Shown: positions 56,020-64,000 of the stretch, one piece after another
Position numbering within the stretch: position 1 is the first letter of the stretch
How the letters are laid out: every line of letters begins with the position of its first letter
NCBI GenBank assembly: GCA_016219705.1
Contig: JACRKQ010000024.1
Span: forward strand, 479-64,478
DNA length: 64,000 nt
Reading direction: 5' to 3'
Origin: Candidatus Saganbacteria bacterium
Lineage (GTDB): Bacteria; Margulisbacteria; WOR-1; O2-12-FULL-45-9
The notes under the pieces: generated by a model
The model's input: the letters and a program-made list of their open reading frames with translations, nothing else
What the model was told of the DNA's origin: nothing
Database searches by the model: none
Program-made: the position numbers and the translations under genes

Positions 56020-57819
56020 ATGCTGCAAATTAATAATGTCTCTTTATCTTTTGGCGCCCAAACCCTGCTTGATGATATCAGTTTTACCGTCCATAGCGGA
56101 GAAAGGATCGGCTTAGTTGGCCGTAATGGATCGGGAAAAACCACGCTCTTTAAGCTCATTACCGGTGAAATAGAACCCGATTGCGGCCGCATTACCCTGC
56201 CAAAAAATTATACTATTGGATATCTTAAACAGCATTTGCAGTTTACCGAATCAACTGTGCTGGCGGAAGCCTGCCTCGGGCTAAAAGCTGATGAGAAGGA
56301 CCAAGGTTGGAAAGCGGAAAAGATTTTAAGCGGCTTGGGCTTTAGCGAAGAAGAATTTCACAAATCACCGGCGGAATTTTCCGGCGGCTTCCAGGTCCGT
56401 TTGAACCTGGCGAAGGTCCTGCTGGCTGAACCGCATCTTTTACTGCTCGATGAACCGACAAATTATCTGGACATTCTCTCGATACGCTGGCTGGCGCGTT
56501 TTTTACAACGCTGGGGCAACGAGCTGATGATTATCACCCATGACCGCGATTTTATGAACAGCGTTACGACACACACTGTCGCCATCCATCGACAAAAAGT
56601 TAAAAAAGTTGCCGGGGATACGATAAAGCTTTTTGAACAGATTACCGTGGAAGAAGAAATTTATGAAAAGACCCGCAGTAAAGAGCGGAAAAAGCGCGAA
56701 GAAACCATGGAATTTATCAATCGCTTTCGGGCTTCGGCCGCGCGCGCCAGCTTGGTCCAATCAAGAGTCAAGGCGCTGGAGAAAATGAGCGACAAAAAAG
56801 AGCTGGCAGCGGTGGCGGATTTAGGGTTCAGATTTAACGCCGTGGCCTTTGAAGCGCAAAATCTAATGAGGATTAAGAATTTAACTTTTGGCTATACTCC
56901 TGACCGCATTTTAATTAGTGATCTTTCGATTGATATCGGCAAAAATGACCGCATCTGCGTCATCGGCAAAAATGGCAAAGGCAAATCGACCCTATTGCGC
57001 TTGCTGGCGCATGAACTGACGCCGGTCGGAGGCGAAATTGCCGCGCATCCAAATTGCCGGATTGGGTATTTTGGCCAGACAAATATTGAACGTTTGCACC
57101 CAAAACTTACAATCGAGCAGGAATTCGCCCAATTACGGCCTGATATGAGTTACACTGATATTCGCAAAACCTGCGGGGCAATGATGTTCTCGGGAGACCT
57201 GGCGTTAAAAAAGATATCTGTCCTATCTGGCGGCGAAAAAAGCCGCGTTTCCCTGGGGAAAATTCTGCTTTCTCCAACGAACATCCTCCTCCTTGATGAG
57301 CCGACAAACCATTTGGATGTCGAATCGTGCGATTCCATGATTGCCGCGCTTGATGAATTTTCTGGAGCGGTGGTGATCGTCACCCACAGCGAAATGTTCC
57401 TCCATCATTTGGCCAATAAGCTTATTGTCTTTAATGAAGGGCGCGTTTTTGTTTTTGCAGGGATATATCAGGACTTTTTAGATCGGATTGGCTGGGAAGA
57501 AGATGCCAAGAAGGCAAAAAAAACGAAAAAAGTTGATCTGTCAAAAAAACGGCAGGAAGCGCTGGAAGCAGAATATAATAAAAAACATAAAGCTCTGCAC
57601 GATAAGATTGCCATTATTGAAAAGCGTGTCGATAAAGAAGAATTGGCGCTGGAAGAGATTAATCGCCAATTAACGGAGGCGGTTGTTGAGTCCCGCGGAG
57701 AAGAGGTTCAGAAATTACAAATCGTTGCTCATAAGAAACTGCAAGCGCTCGATCTTGCTTATAAAGAACTTGAAGCCCTAATTGGCGAACTAGATTTGCT
57801 GGATAAAGATAAACTATAA
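56020..57819 (+). CDS. ABC-F family ATPase (translation-associated, Uup/EttA-like)
   Basis: Two ABC cassettes (GRNGSGKTT / GKNGKGKST; LSGG signatures), a charged inter-domain linker, a C-terminal coiled-coil tail and no TM domain. Confidence 0.92.
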   Translation: MLQINNVSLSFGAQTLLDDISFTVHSGERIGLVGRNGSGKTTLFKLITGEIEPDCGRITLPKNYTIGYLKQHLQFTESTVLAEACLGLKADEKDQGWKAEKILSGLGFSEEEFHKSPAEFSGGFQVRLNLAKVLLAEPHLLLLDEPTNYLDILSIRWLARFLQRWGNELMIITHDRDFMNSVTTHTVAIHRQKVKKVAGDTIKLFEQITVEEEIYEKTRSKERKKREETMEFINRFRASAARASLVQSRVKALEKMSDKKELAAVADLGFRFNAVAFEAQNLMRIKNLTFGYTPDRILISDLSIDIGKNDRICVIGKNGKGKSTLLRLLAHELTPVGGEIAAHPNCRIGYFGQTNIERLHPKLTIEQEFAQLRPDMSYTDIRKTCGAMMFSGDLALKKISVLSGGEKSRVSLGKILLSPTNILLLDEPTNHLDVESCDSMIAALDEFSGAVVIVTHSEMFLHHLANKLIVFNEGRVFVFAGIYQDFLDRIGWEEDAKKAKKTKKVDLSKKRQEALEAEYNKKHKALHDKIAIIEKRVDKEELALEEINRQLTEAVVESRGEEVQKLQIVAHKKLQALDLAYKELEALIGELDLLDKDKL

Positions 57820-57865
57820 TAAGGGTCATTTTTTAGGGTTTTGAAAAAAATTCACATTATTTTGA

Positions 57866-57930
57866 GGAAAACAGAAAAGGCCCATAATGGCCCATAAAGT
57901 GTCGAAAAGCTGAAAAGGCCCAAAAGTTTT
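57866..57930. repeat. Partial copy (A/G-rich arm) of the palindromic repeat family, copy C
   Basis: AAAAGGCCCATAATGGCCCATAAAGTG...GAAAAGGCCCAAAAG matches the left arm of copies A and B. Confidence 0.7.
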
Positions 57931-57932
57931 TT

Positions 57933-57967
57933 GTTGGAGTTTTGAGTTTTGAACTTTGAGTTTTAAA
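57933..57967. repeat. Heptanucleotide tandem repeat (GTTGGAG TTTTGAG TTTTGAA CTTTGAG TTTTAAA)
   Basis: Five 7-nt units, the same family as the argH repeat. Intergenic. Confidence 0.85.
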
Positions 57968-58069
57968 CTAGATTTTATAGACTATTATCGTTAACAAAAC
58001 GACAATGATGGCCAGTAAAGCCATGGAAACGAGACTGGCTTCATTGGAAAGTTCCTGTGTAAGTTTCAT
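57968..58069 (-). CDS. Candidate small membrane peptide (33 aa) coupled to the peptide-transporter operon
   Basis: GGAGG follows the TGA of the upstream ATPase gene immediately and sits 8 nt before the ATG. MKLTQELSNEASLVSMALLAIIVVLLTIIVYKI has one TM helix. Confidence 0.45.
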   Translation of the reverse strand: MKLTQELSNEASLVSMALLAIIVVLLTIIVYKI

Positions 58070-58082
58070 TATTTATTCCTCC

Positions 58083-58865
58083 TCAACGTTTTAAGGCCCG
58101 TAAACAATTTACCAGGTTCCTAGTATACTCGTCTTTGGGGCTCTCCACAATCTGTACAACAGTCCCCTCTTCTACTAAATTCCCCTTATGCATCACAATC
58201 ACCCGCTGGCAAAGCGTTTTTATTATGCCAAAGTTGTGCGTGATGTAAATTACTGACAGGTTTAATCTGGTCTGGAGGTCTTTAATCAATTTGAGTATCT
58301 CGGACTGTACAGTAACATCAAGAGCCGTTGTCGGCTCATCCGCCAATAAAAGGTCAGGCTTGCCTGAAAGCGCCATAGCCAACATGACCCTCTGCCTCAT
58401 TCCCCCGGAAAATTGATGCGGATAATCGTGAATGCGTTGAGCCGCATTATGAATTTGCACTGTTTCCAGCATAGCGATGGCTTTGGTCCAAGCCTCTTTT
58501 TTCCCGCCAGACTGATGCAGCTGAATGGCTTCAGCAATCTGCTCACCAACAGTGAAAACAGGATTTAGGAAAGTAAAAGGGTCCTGAAAAACCATAGCAA
58601 TTTTTGCCCCGCGGATTTTAATCATCTCTGACTCCGACAGCTGTAATAAATTTGTCCCGTTAAAAATAATTTCTCCTCTAACAATCCTGCCTGGTGGCGG
58701 CACCAGCCGCAGAATCGCATGAGCAATCGTCGATTTTCCAGAGCCGGATTCGCCCAAGATCCCCAAGATATCCCCTCGCCCCACGCTAAAGCTAACGTTG
58801 TCTACAGCTTTAATCAGCCCATCATCTTTGGAAAAATAGGTTGATAGATTTTTAACTTCCAGCAT
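58083..58865 (-). CDS. Oligopeptide/dipeptide ABC transporter ATP-binding protein (OppD/DppD type)
   Basis: GESGSGKST, FSGGMRQR and LLLADEPTTALD. ATG at 58865 has a GAGGAAA SD. Confidence 0.9.
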   Translation of the reverse strand: MLEVKNLSTYFSKDDGLIKAVDNVSFSVGRGDILGILGESGSGKSTIAHAILRLVPPPGRIVRGEIIFNGTNLLQLSESEMIKIRGAKIAMVFQDPFTFLNPVFTVGEQIAEAIQLHQSGGKKEAWTKAIAMLETVQIHNAAQRIHDYPHQFSGGMRQRVMLAMALSGKPDLLLADEPTTALDVTVQSEILKLIKDLQTRLNLSVIYITHNFGIIKTLCQRVIVMHKGNLVEEGTVVQIVESPKDEYTRNLVNCLRALKR

Positions 58866-59685
58866 AATCTTTCCTCGGATCAAGCGCTTGACGCAACCCT
58901 TCACCAATTAAATAAAATGAGAGAACAGTTATTAAAATTAGAATGCCTGGAATGATCGCCAGCCAGGGAGCATCACGCATGTAGGCTTGAGCGTCCATTA
59001 ACATATTACCCCACGATGGTGTCGGTGGCTGAACCCCCATGCCTAAAAAAGATAACGAGGATTCGGTTAAAATGGCGCCCGCCATTCCTAATGTCGCCGC
59101 CACAATAATGGGCGCCTGGGCATTTGGCAAAATATGGCGAAAAATTATTCGCCAGTGTGAACACCCAATGGCTTGGGCGGCCTCAACATATTGCAATTCG
59201 CGGATTTTTAAATATTCTCCCCTTACTAACCGCGCCACTCCCATCCAGGAAGTCAATCCGATCACTAACATTACATTATATATATTGGGAGTTAGCATCG
59301 CTTGAATTGCCAAAATTAAGAAAATTGACGGAAACGAGAGCATAATATCAACAAAGCGCATAATTGAGCTATCGAGCCAGCCGCCGAAGTACCCCGCCAA
59401 TGCTCCCAGTAAAATTCCAATTATTAATGATAGTGAAACCGCAACCAACCCGACGGTCAAAGATATCCTGGCGCCGTAAACCGCCCGACTGAAAATATCG
59501 CGGCCTAAATCGTCGGTGCCAAAGAGGTGCTGGGTACTTGGGGCGATGGTCTCGATATTGACGATTGCATTGGAGTCGTAGGGTGCGATGACTGGGGCCA
59601 AGATAGCTGCGCACACAAAGGCGCCCAAAATCAAAAGAGGAAATAAAAGCCTCACCCCTTTCTTCCGACTGGTGTCGGAATTCAT
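58852..59685 (-). CDS. Oligopeptide/dipeptide ABC transporter permease (OppC/DppC type)
   Basis: N-terminal ...ILAPVIAPYD, an EAA-like loop and 6 TM segments. ATG at 59685 sits just after the hairpin-embedded SD. The ORF-track start (59781) would overlap the upstream gene by 41 nt. Confidence 0.88.
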   Translation of the reverse strand: MNSDTSRKKGVRLLFPLLILGAFVCAAILAPVIAPYDSNAIVNIETIAPSTQHLFGTDDLGRDIFSRAVYGARISLTVGLVAVSLSLIIGILLGALAGYFGGWLDSSIMRFVDIMLSFPSIFLILAIQAMLTPNIYNVMLVIGLTSWMGVARLVRGEYLKIRELQYVEAAQAIGCSHWRIIFRHILPNAQAPIIVAATLGMAGAILTESSLSFLGMGVQPPTPSWGNMLMDAQAYMRDAPWLAIIPGILILITVLSFYLIGEGLRQALDPRKDYAGS

Positions 59686-59686
59686 T

Positions 59687-59713
59687 CCCCTCTCCATCGA
59701 AGATGGAGAGGGG
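59687..59713 (-). promoter_or_regulatory. Perfect 12-bp hairpin sequestering the SD of the OppC-type permease gene
   Basis: CCCCTCTCCATC-GAA-GATGGAGAGGGG. In the mRNA the 3' arm, GAUGGAGAGGGG, ends 1 nt before the AUG. Confidence 0.7.
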
Positions 59714-59740
59714 GGTCGGTTTGATGTCAGAGGGTGAGGT

Positions 59741-60712
59741 TTATTTTTTAGCATAACGGATCCTGGGATCAACCCAAGCATAGGCTAAATCAGCCAATAA
59801 ATTACCCAACATAATCAAAAGAGCGGAAAAGACGACAATGCCCATAATCAGCGGATAGTTGCGCTGAAAAATCGCCATGACCCCCAGCCGTCCCATTCCC
59901 GGCCAGGCAAAAATTGTTTCAATAATAAAGGCTCCGCCAAAGAGATCGGGCAGAGAAAGTCCGATAATCGTAACAATTGGAATCAGGGCATTCTTCAAAG
60001 CATGTTTATAAATTACCATTCGCTCCGGCAAACCTTTGGCTCGCGCCGTACGAATATAATCCTGGTTAAGGACTTCAAGCATGGCTGCCCGCTGATAACG
60101 AGTAATTCCCGCTAAACTTAAAAGAACCATCGTCGACAACGGTAAAATTAAATGCCGGAGAAAATCGATTCCACGGGCCAACATCGATTGATTAGTCGCC
60201 GAGATTTCACTTATGCCAACAGCCGGCAGCCAATGAAGCTGAACCGCAAAGATTAACATTAAAACGAGACCTAACCAGAAAGATGGAGTCGCCATGCCCG
60301 CAAAAGAGAAAATTGTGATCAGATTATCAAACCAACTGTCTTTTTTTACTGCACAGATCACTCCCAGCGGAATTGTAATTAACAATGTTAAAATATAAGC
60401 GGGAATCATCAGCATCAAGGTGGCCGGCAAACGAGCTAATATTTCCTGGAGAACCGGCTGTCCAGTCGTATAGCTCGTTCCAAGGTTGCCCCGCAAAAGA
60501 TTTCCCAGCCAGTAAAAATATTGCAGATAAATCGGCTGGTCCAGCCCCCAATTCGCGCGGATGCGAGCAAGTTCTCTGGGATCAATATTAGGATTTGTAA
60601 ATAAAGAGGTTGGATCTCCTGGCGCCAAATGCATAACGAAGAACGATAAAAGTGAAACGCCGAAAATTAAAGGGATAAATTGAATTATTCTACGCCACAA
60701 AAAGGTTTTCAT
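59741..60712 (-). CDS. Oligopeptide/dipeptide ABC transporter permease (OppB/DppB type)
   Basis: 323 aa, 6 TM segments, DYIRTARAKGL EAA motif. Confidence 0.9.
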   Translation of the reverse strand: MKTFLWRRIIQFIPLIFGVSLLSFFVMHLAPGDPTSLFTNPNIDPRELARIRANWGLDQPIYLQYFYWLGNLLRGNLGTSYTTGQPVLQEILARLPATLMLMIPAYILTLLITIPLGVICAVKKDSWFDNLITIFSFAGMATPSFWLGLVLMLIFAVQLHWLPAVGISEISATNQSMLARGIDFLRHLILPLSTMVLLSLAGITRYQRAAMLEVLNQDYIRTARAKGLPERMVIYKHALKNALIPIVTIIGLSLPDLFGGAFIIETIFAWPGMGRLGVMAIFQRNYPLIMGIVVFSALLIMLGNLLADLAYAWVDPRIRYAKK

Positions 60713-62286
60713 TTGGTGACAAATATTTTTTCAAGATGCAGCATTAATCCGGCGGGACCTGGCCGCGATAAGCCTCCTACCCTCTCCCGTATCGCTTCGA
60801 TACTCTTCGGATACCAGAGAAAAAGATAAGGCTGGTCGGCCGCAATAATTTGCCAAAGCTTAGCATATATTTTCTTTCGTTCCGCCTGATTAAGCGTTGT
60901 TCTTCCTCGAGCTAAGAGCCTGTCTACTGCGGTATTTCTATAATCGATAAAATTAAAACCAACTGGGTATTGTGATGAATGCCAGATTGAATAGGCGTCA
61001 GGATCAAGGCCTAAGGACCAACCCATTAACACCGCATCAAAATCTTTTGGTCCTTTGGGCGCGTTTATGATTTTTAGCAATGCTGACCATTCCATCACCC
61101 GAACGTTGACTTCAATACCGACTTTCTCAAATTGCTGCTGGAGAATGACTGCCGCTTTTTCTCGCTCTTTATTTCCCTGATTTGTTAGTATTGTGAAGGA
61201 AAGATTCTCTGTTCCGGCCTCTTTCAACAATTGTCTGGCTTTCTCTGGATTATAAGGATATTTTTCAACTGCATCCGAATACGCCCAGGAGATGGGCACT
61301 GATGGAGCATAAGCTGGCGAAGCAAGTCCTTTGAAAATTAATTTTACTAATTGTTCTTTATTTGTGGCATAAGCTAAGGCTTGGCGCACTCTTTTATCCT
61401 GAAATTTTGGATTGGCTAGATTGAAAGCCAGATATGTGTAGGTTAAGGCATCGTATTCAAAAACATTAAGCCCCTCTTTGGCTTTCAGGCGCCTATAATC
61501 TTTAGGTGGAACGCCAGCAGAATCAACTTCGCCAGCCTCCAAAGCAACTAACATAGAATTTTCATCGGGAATAATTTTGAAAATAATTTGCGCTAGTTTT
61601 GGTTTGCCCAAATAATAATTATCATTTCTGACAACAATAACATGGTCGCCGGTTACCCACTCCTTAAACTTAAATGGTCCCGTCCCTACTGGTCGACGAT
61701 TAAATTCCGCTGTGTTGATATCTTTCCCCTCAAGCAGATGTTTGGGAATCAGGCTCATTCCCGTATGCGTCAGAAAGGGAGCGAAAGGTCTGGGCAGGAA
61801 GGCTTGAACCGTCAAATTATCCAAGGCACGGAACTTAATCGGCTCACCATCGATAATAAAATCGCTCCGGCGGACAGAATTGACTTTGGGGTTTAAGATC
61901 GAATTAAAAGTGAAAACAACGTCATCCGCGGTAAAAGGTTGTCCGTCATGCCATTTAACATCGGAACGGAGATGAAATGTCCAGATTTTTCCGTCGGCCG
62001 AAACGTCCCATGATTTGGCCAGATCCGGCACCACTTCCAGTTTTTCATTAATGGTCGTCAAGCCAGTAAAAATCGTTCCTTCAATTGCCGAAGAAGATGT
62101 ATCGGTTAAAAGAATCGGATTGATAATGGAAACTTCTCCGCCCAGAGAGAGAATTAAGCTCCCGTTAAGATCGGCTTGAGCGGGATCGGGTAATTTGATC
62201 GGTTTGGCTGATAAACTGCCTGACCCCGCGCAACCGGTTAAACAAACTAATAAAAAGAGAAAAATGACCACTGCATTTTTATACAT
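60709..62286 (-). CDS. Family 5 peptide/nickel substrate-binding lipoprotein (OppA/DppA type)
   Basis: Lipobox LVCLTGC. 525 aa with family-5 SBP pattern. 4-nt overlap with the permease gene. Confidence 0.88.
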   Translation of the reverse strand: MYKNAVVIFLFLLVCLTGCAGSGSLSAKPIKLPDPAQADLNGSLILSLGGEVSIINPILLTDTSSSAIEGTIFTGLTTINEKLEVVPDLAKSWDVSADGKIWTFHLRSDVKWHDGQPFTADDVVFTFNSILNPKVNSVRRSDFIIDGEPIKFRALDNLTVQAFLPRPFAPFLTHTGMSLIPKHLLEGKDINTAEFNRRPVGTGPFKFKEWVTGDHVIVVRNDNYYLGKPKLAQIIFKIIPDENSMLVALEAGEVDSAGVPPKDYRRLKAKEGLNVFEYDALTYTYLAFNLANPKFQDKRVRQALAYATNKEQLVKLIFKGLASPAYAPSVPISWAYSDAVEKYPYNPEKARQLLKEAGTENLSFTILTNQGNKEREKAAVILQQQFEKVGIEVNVRVMEWSALLKIINAPKGPKDFDAVLMGWSLGLDPDAYSIWHSSQYPVGFNFIDYRNTAVDRLLARGRTTLNQAERKKIYAKLWQIIAADQPYLFLWYPKSIEAIRERVGGLSRPGPAGLMLHLEKIFVTK

Positions 62287-62298
62287 GCCGCCATCTTA

Positions 62299-62706
62299 TC
62301 ACAAATTGGACAATTCTTGAATTTTGCGTAAGCTGGAGCGACCATAAGCGGTCAAGGTATATTTACCAATGGCTTGATCGTAATCATAAATGATACGTCC
62401 GGTGATATTGCTATCTTTATACTCTTGGCCGGTAAAAGGATTCTTGGGCACGGAAGCAATATAACCGCCGGACATTAAATAATTACGGCAGAGGCTCTCC
62501 AGAGACAAATTATTGGCAATTGGATAAACTTCATTCTCCATTTCGTATGCCTCAACAGCTAACTGAACCGAATGCATTACAGCTTTAACCGCTGCCTCTC
62601 TCGCTCGATCTTTTGCACCCAATAAATTCGGCACCAGGAAGACAGCCAGCAACCCTATAATGCCGATTACAACCAGGATTTCCATTAACGTAAAACCTTT
62701 TCTCAT
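62299..62706 (-). CDS. Type IV pilin / T2SS pseudopilin-like protein (prepilin N-terminal methylation motif)
   Basis: MRKGFTLMEILVVIGIIGLLA class III signal. Confidence 0.88.
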   Translation of the reverse strand: MRKGFTLMEILVVIGIIGLLAVFLVPNLLGAKDRAREAAVKAVMHSVQLAVEAYEMENEVYPIANNLSLESLCRNYLMSGGYIASVPKNPFTGQEYKDSNITGRIIYDYDQAIGKYTLTAYGRSSLRKIQELSNL

Positions 62707-62740
62707 TTTCTCACCCCCTTTATTATAACATTTCTTGGGG

Positions 62741-62754
62741 AATTACGAATTACG
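62741..62754. repeat. Heptanucleotide repeat AATTACG x2
   Basis: Two perfect units in the pilin-transposase spacer. Confidence 0.6.
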
Positions 62755-62768
62755 TAAACATCCCAAAA

Positions 62769-63278
62769 TCACAAACCCAGTTCGGACAACCCTTGTGGTT
62801 GTCCTTCAATAAGCGCCCTTCCCGAATATGGCCATTTATCCCAGCTTTTTACCAATCCTTTTTTCACAGGATTATTAAATATATATTTAGCAATCCTGCT
62901 AAATGACTGACTTGCCCCTTGAGGCCACAGAATGCGATCATGAAAGCACCCCTGCCATAATTTGCCATTAATCCCGAAGCTCCAAGCAACTTTCGTGCTT
63001 TTACTTTTAAAACCGCCAACAAAATCAGAGACGCTGATTTCATTGCCTGGCGCAGAAAGAAGCAGATGCATATGGTCCGGCATCAGACAGTAGGCATAAA
63101 CCCTAAAGCCTGTCCGTTTTTGCTCTTCGATTAAGCAGTCGATTACCTGTTTATTAAACGCATCATTGGTGAAACGAGGAATTCTATGTTTTGTATTTGT
63201 GGTGATGAAGTAGTAGCCATGGGTTGTGTAGTCATAACCCTTTAGGCGCGGATTTTTTCGCTTTGGGAGCTTTTTCAT
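62769..63278 (-). mobile_element. IS200/IS605 Y1-transposase-like protein, RAYT-like (169 aa)
   Basis: YHITTNT-like YFITTNTKHR and YAYCLMPDHMHLLL (HUH-type motif). Single gene flanked by hairpins at 62784-62804 and 63346-63366. Confidence 0.8.
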
Positions 63279-63345
63279 TTTTTAGGTGGGTTCCTCTTTT
63301 TTCGGACAGGGACTAGTTTTGTCTTGGAATCCAGGTCTCGGTATA

Positions 63346-63366
63346 GGACAGGGATAAACCCTGTCC
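63346..63366. repeat. Hairpin GGACAGGG-ATAAA-CCCTGTCC upstream of the RAYT-like gene
   Basis: Perfect 8-bp stem. Related hairpin GGACAACC-CTTGT-GGTTGTCC at 62784-62804. TTCGGACA also occurs at 63301. Confidence 0.8.
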
Positions 63367-63378
63367 TTGAAAAGTTTT

Positions 63379-64000
63379 TCATTGTAGTTTAGATGCCATA
63401 TTCACCAGCGGGAGAAAGACCGTCATCACTATCAGGCCAACGATCAGGCCAACTACTAAGGTTAGTATTGGTTCAAGGAGCGAGGTAAACTTTTTCAAAC
63501 TATATTCACGTTCCTTTTCATATATATCAGCTGCCGCCAAAAGCATTTGCGCTAAATGTCCGCAATTTTCGCCAACCTTGATCATCTGTATCGTTTCGTC
63601 TGATAAAAGCCACTGAGCGCTTAATACATCACTTAACCGTTTTCCATTACTAATTTCTTGTTTAATTTTATTTATTTTTTCTCGCAAGATCTGATTTGGT
63701 GTTGTAGCCGCAATCGTGCTCAAAGCGCTAATTATTGGCACCCCGCCTTGTAATAGAATTCCCAAATTTCGCAACACTTCCGCCATTAAACTCCGTTTAA
63801 TAAAATCGATTTTTAATAACGCGTTATCAATAACCAGAGAACCCTTAACCGAACGTCGATAATAAAACAGCCCTACCCCCGCGGCTATCAGCAAAATCGA
63901 CGCGTATGGAAAAATCACCACAGATCGATCTGCATTCAAAATGACGAATTGGGTCAGCCAAGGTAAATCAGCGCCCAGATCCGCAAACAGATCCTTAAAA
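63379..64000 (-). CDS. Type IV pilus/T2SS platform protein (PilC/GspF family), 5' end beyond window
   Basis: GspF-domain motifs (LLQGGVPI, GENCGHL...). The frame stays open to nt 64000 (…FKDLFADLGADLPWLTQFVILNADR…). Confidence 0.88.
   Translation of the reverse strand, partial: FKDLFADLGADLPWLTQFVILNADRSVVIFPYASILLIAAGVGLFYYRRSVKGSLVIDNALLKIDFIKRSLMAEVLRNLGILLQGGVPIISALSTIAATTPNQILREKINKIKQEISNGKRLSDVLSAQWLLSDETIQMIKVGENCGHLAQMLLAAADIYEKEREYSLKKFTSLLEPILTLVVGLIVGLIVMTVFLPLVNMASKLQ

Overview
64-kb chromosomal window from an unidentified, moderately AT-rich bacterium that looks diderm (LpxB-like gene, C-terminal-Phe beta-barrel proteins, an SLH-tethered barrel, type IV pilus/competence genes). 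All family calls come from motifs read in the supplied translations; no database search was run. Most of the window is densely packed housekeeping genes, largely on the minus strand: hisH-hisA, pyrK-pyrD, pyrG, murA, wecB, a WecA/MraY-type transferase, tRNA-His, coaE, comEC-comEA, pnp-rpsO-ribF, gcvPB, ribE-ribBA-ribH, metG, pepA, ndk, argH, argG, an ABC-F ATPase, an Opp/Dpp-type peptide transporter and pilin/PilC. Several things stand out against this backbone. (1) A native-composition operon of about 7 kb (5874-12705) encodes eight proteins, six of which I cannot place, plus a TPR-glycosyltransferase and a terminal ROK kinase. (2) A three-gene envelope operon (23549-30236) has two PorV-like barrels flanking a metallophosphoesterase with a T9SS-type C-terminal domain; the second barrel ends in three SLH repeats. 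(3) Two toxin-antitoxin-type cassettes (VapBC, zeta-like ATPase) are each bracketed by a direct duplication of the 3' end of the neighbouring housekeeping gene. (4) A family of long imperfect palindromes built from GGCCCRTAA/AAAGGC units is present, and one copy appears to encode the signal peptide of the SLH-barrel protein. (5) Heptanucleotide tandem repeats resembling cyanobacterial STRRs occur in intergenic DNA and inside conserved genes (argH, gcvPB, a lipoate ligase gene). (6) Smaller items include an IS200/RAYT-like transposase flanked by hairpins, an SD-sequestering hairpin between two permease genes, small ORFs with strong SDs, a HEPN-MNT pair, and an AT-rich lysozyme-like/membrane-protein pair. 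No CRISPR array, rRNA or riboswitch was found.
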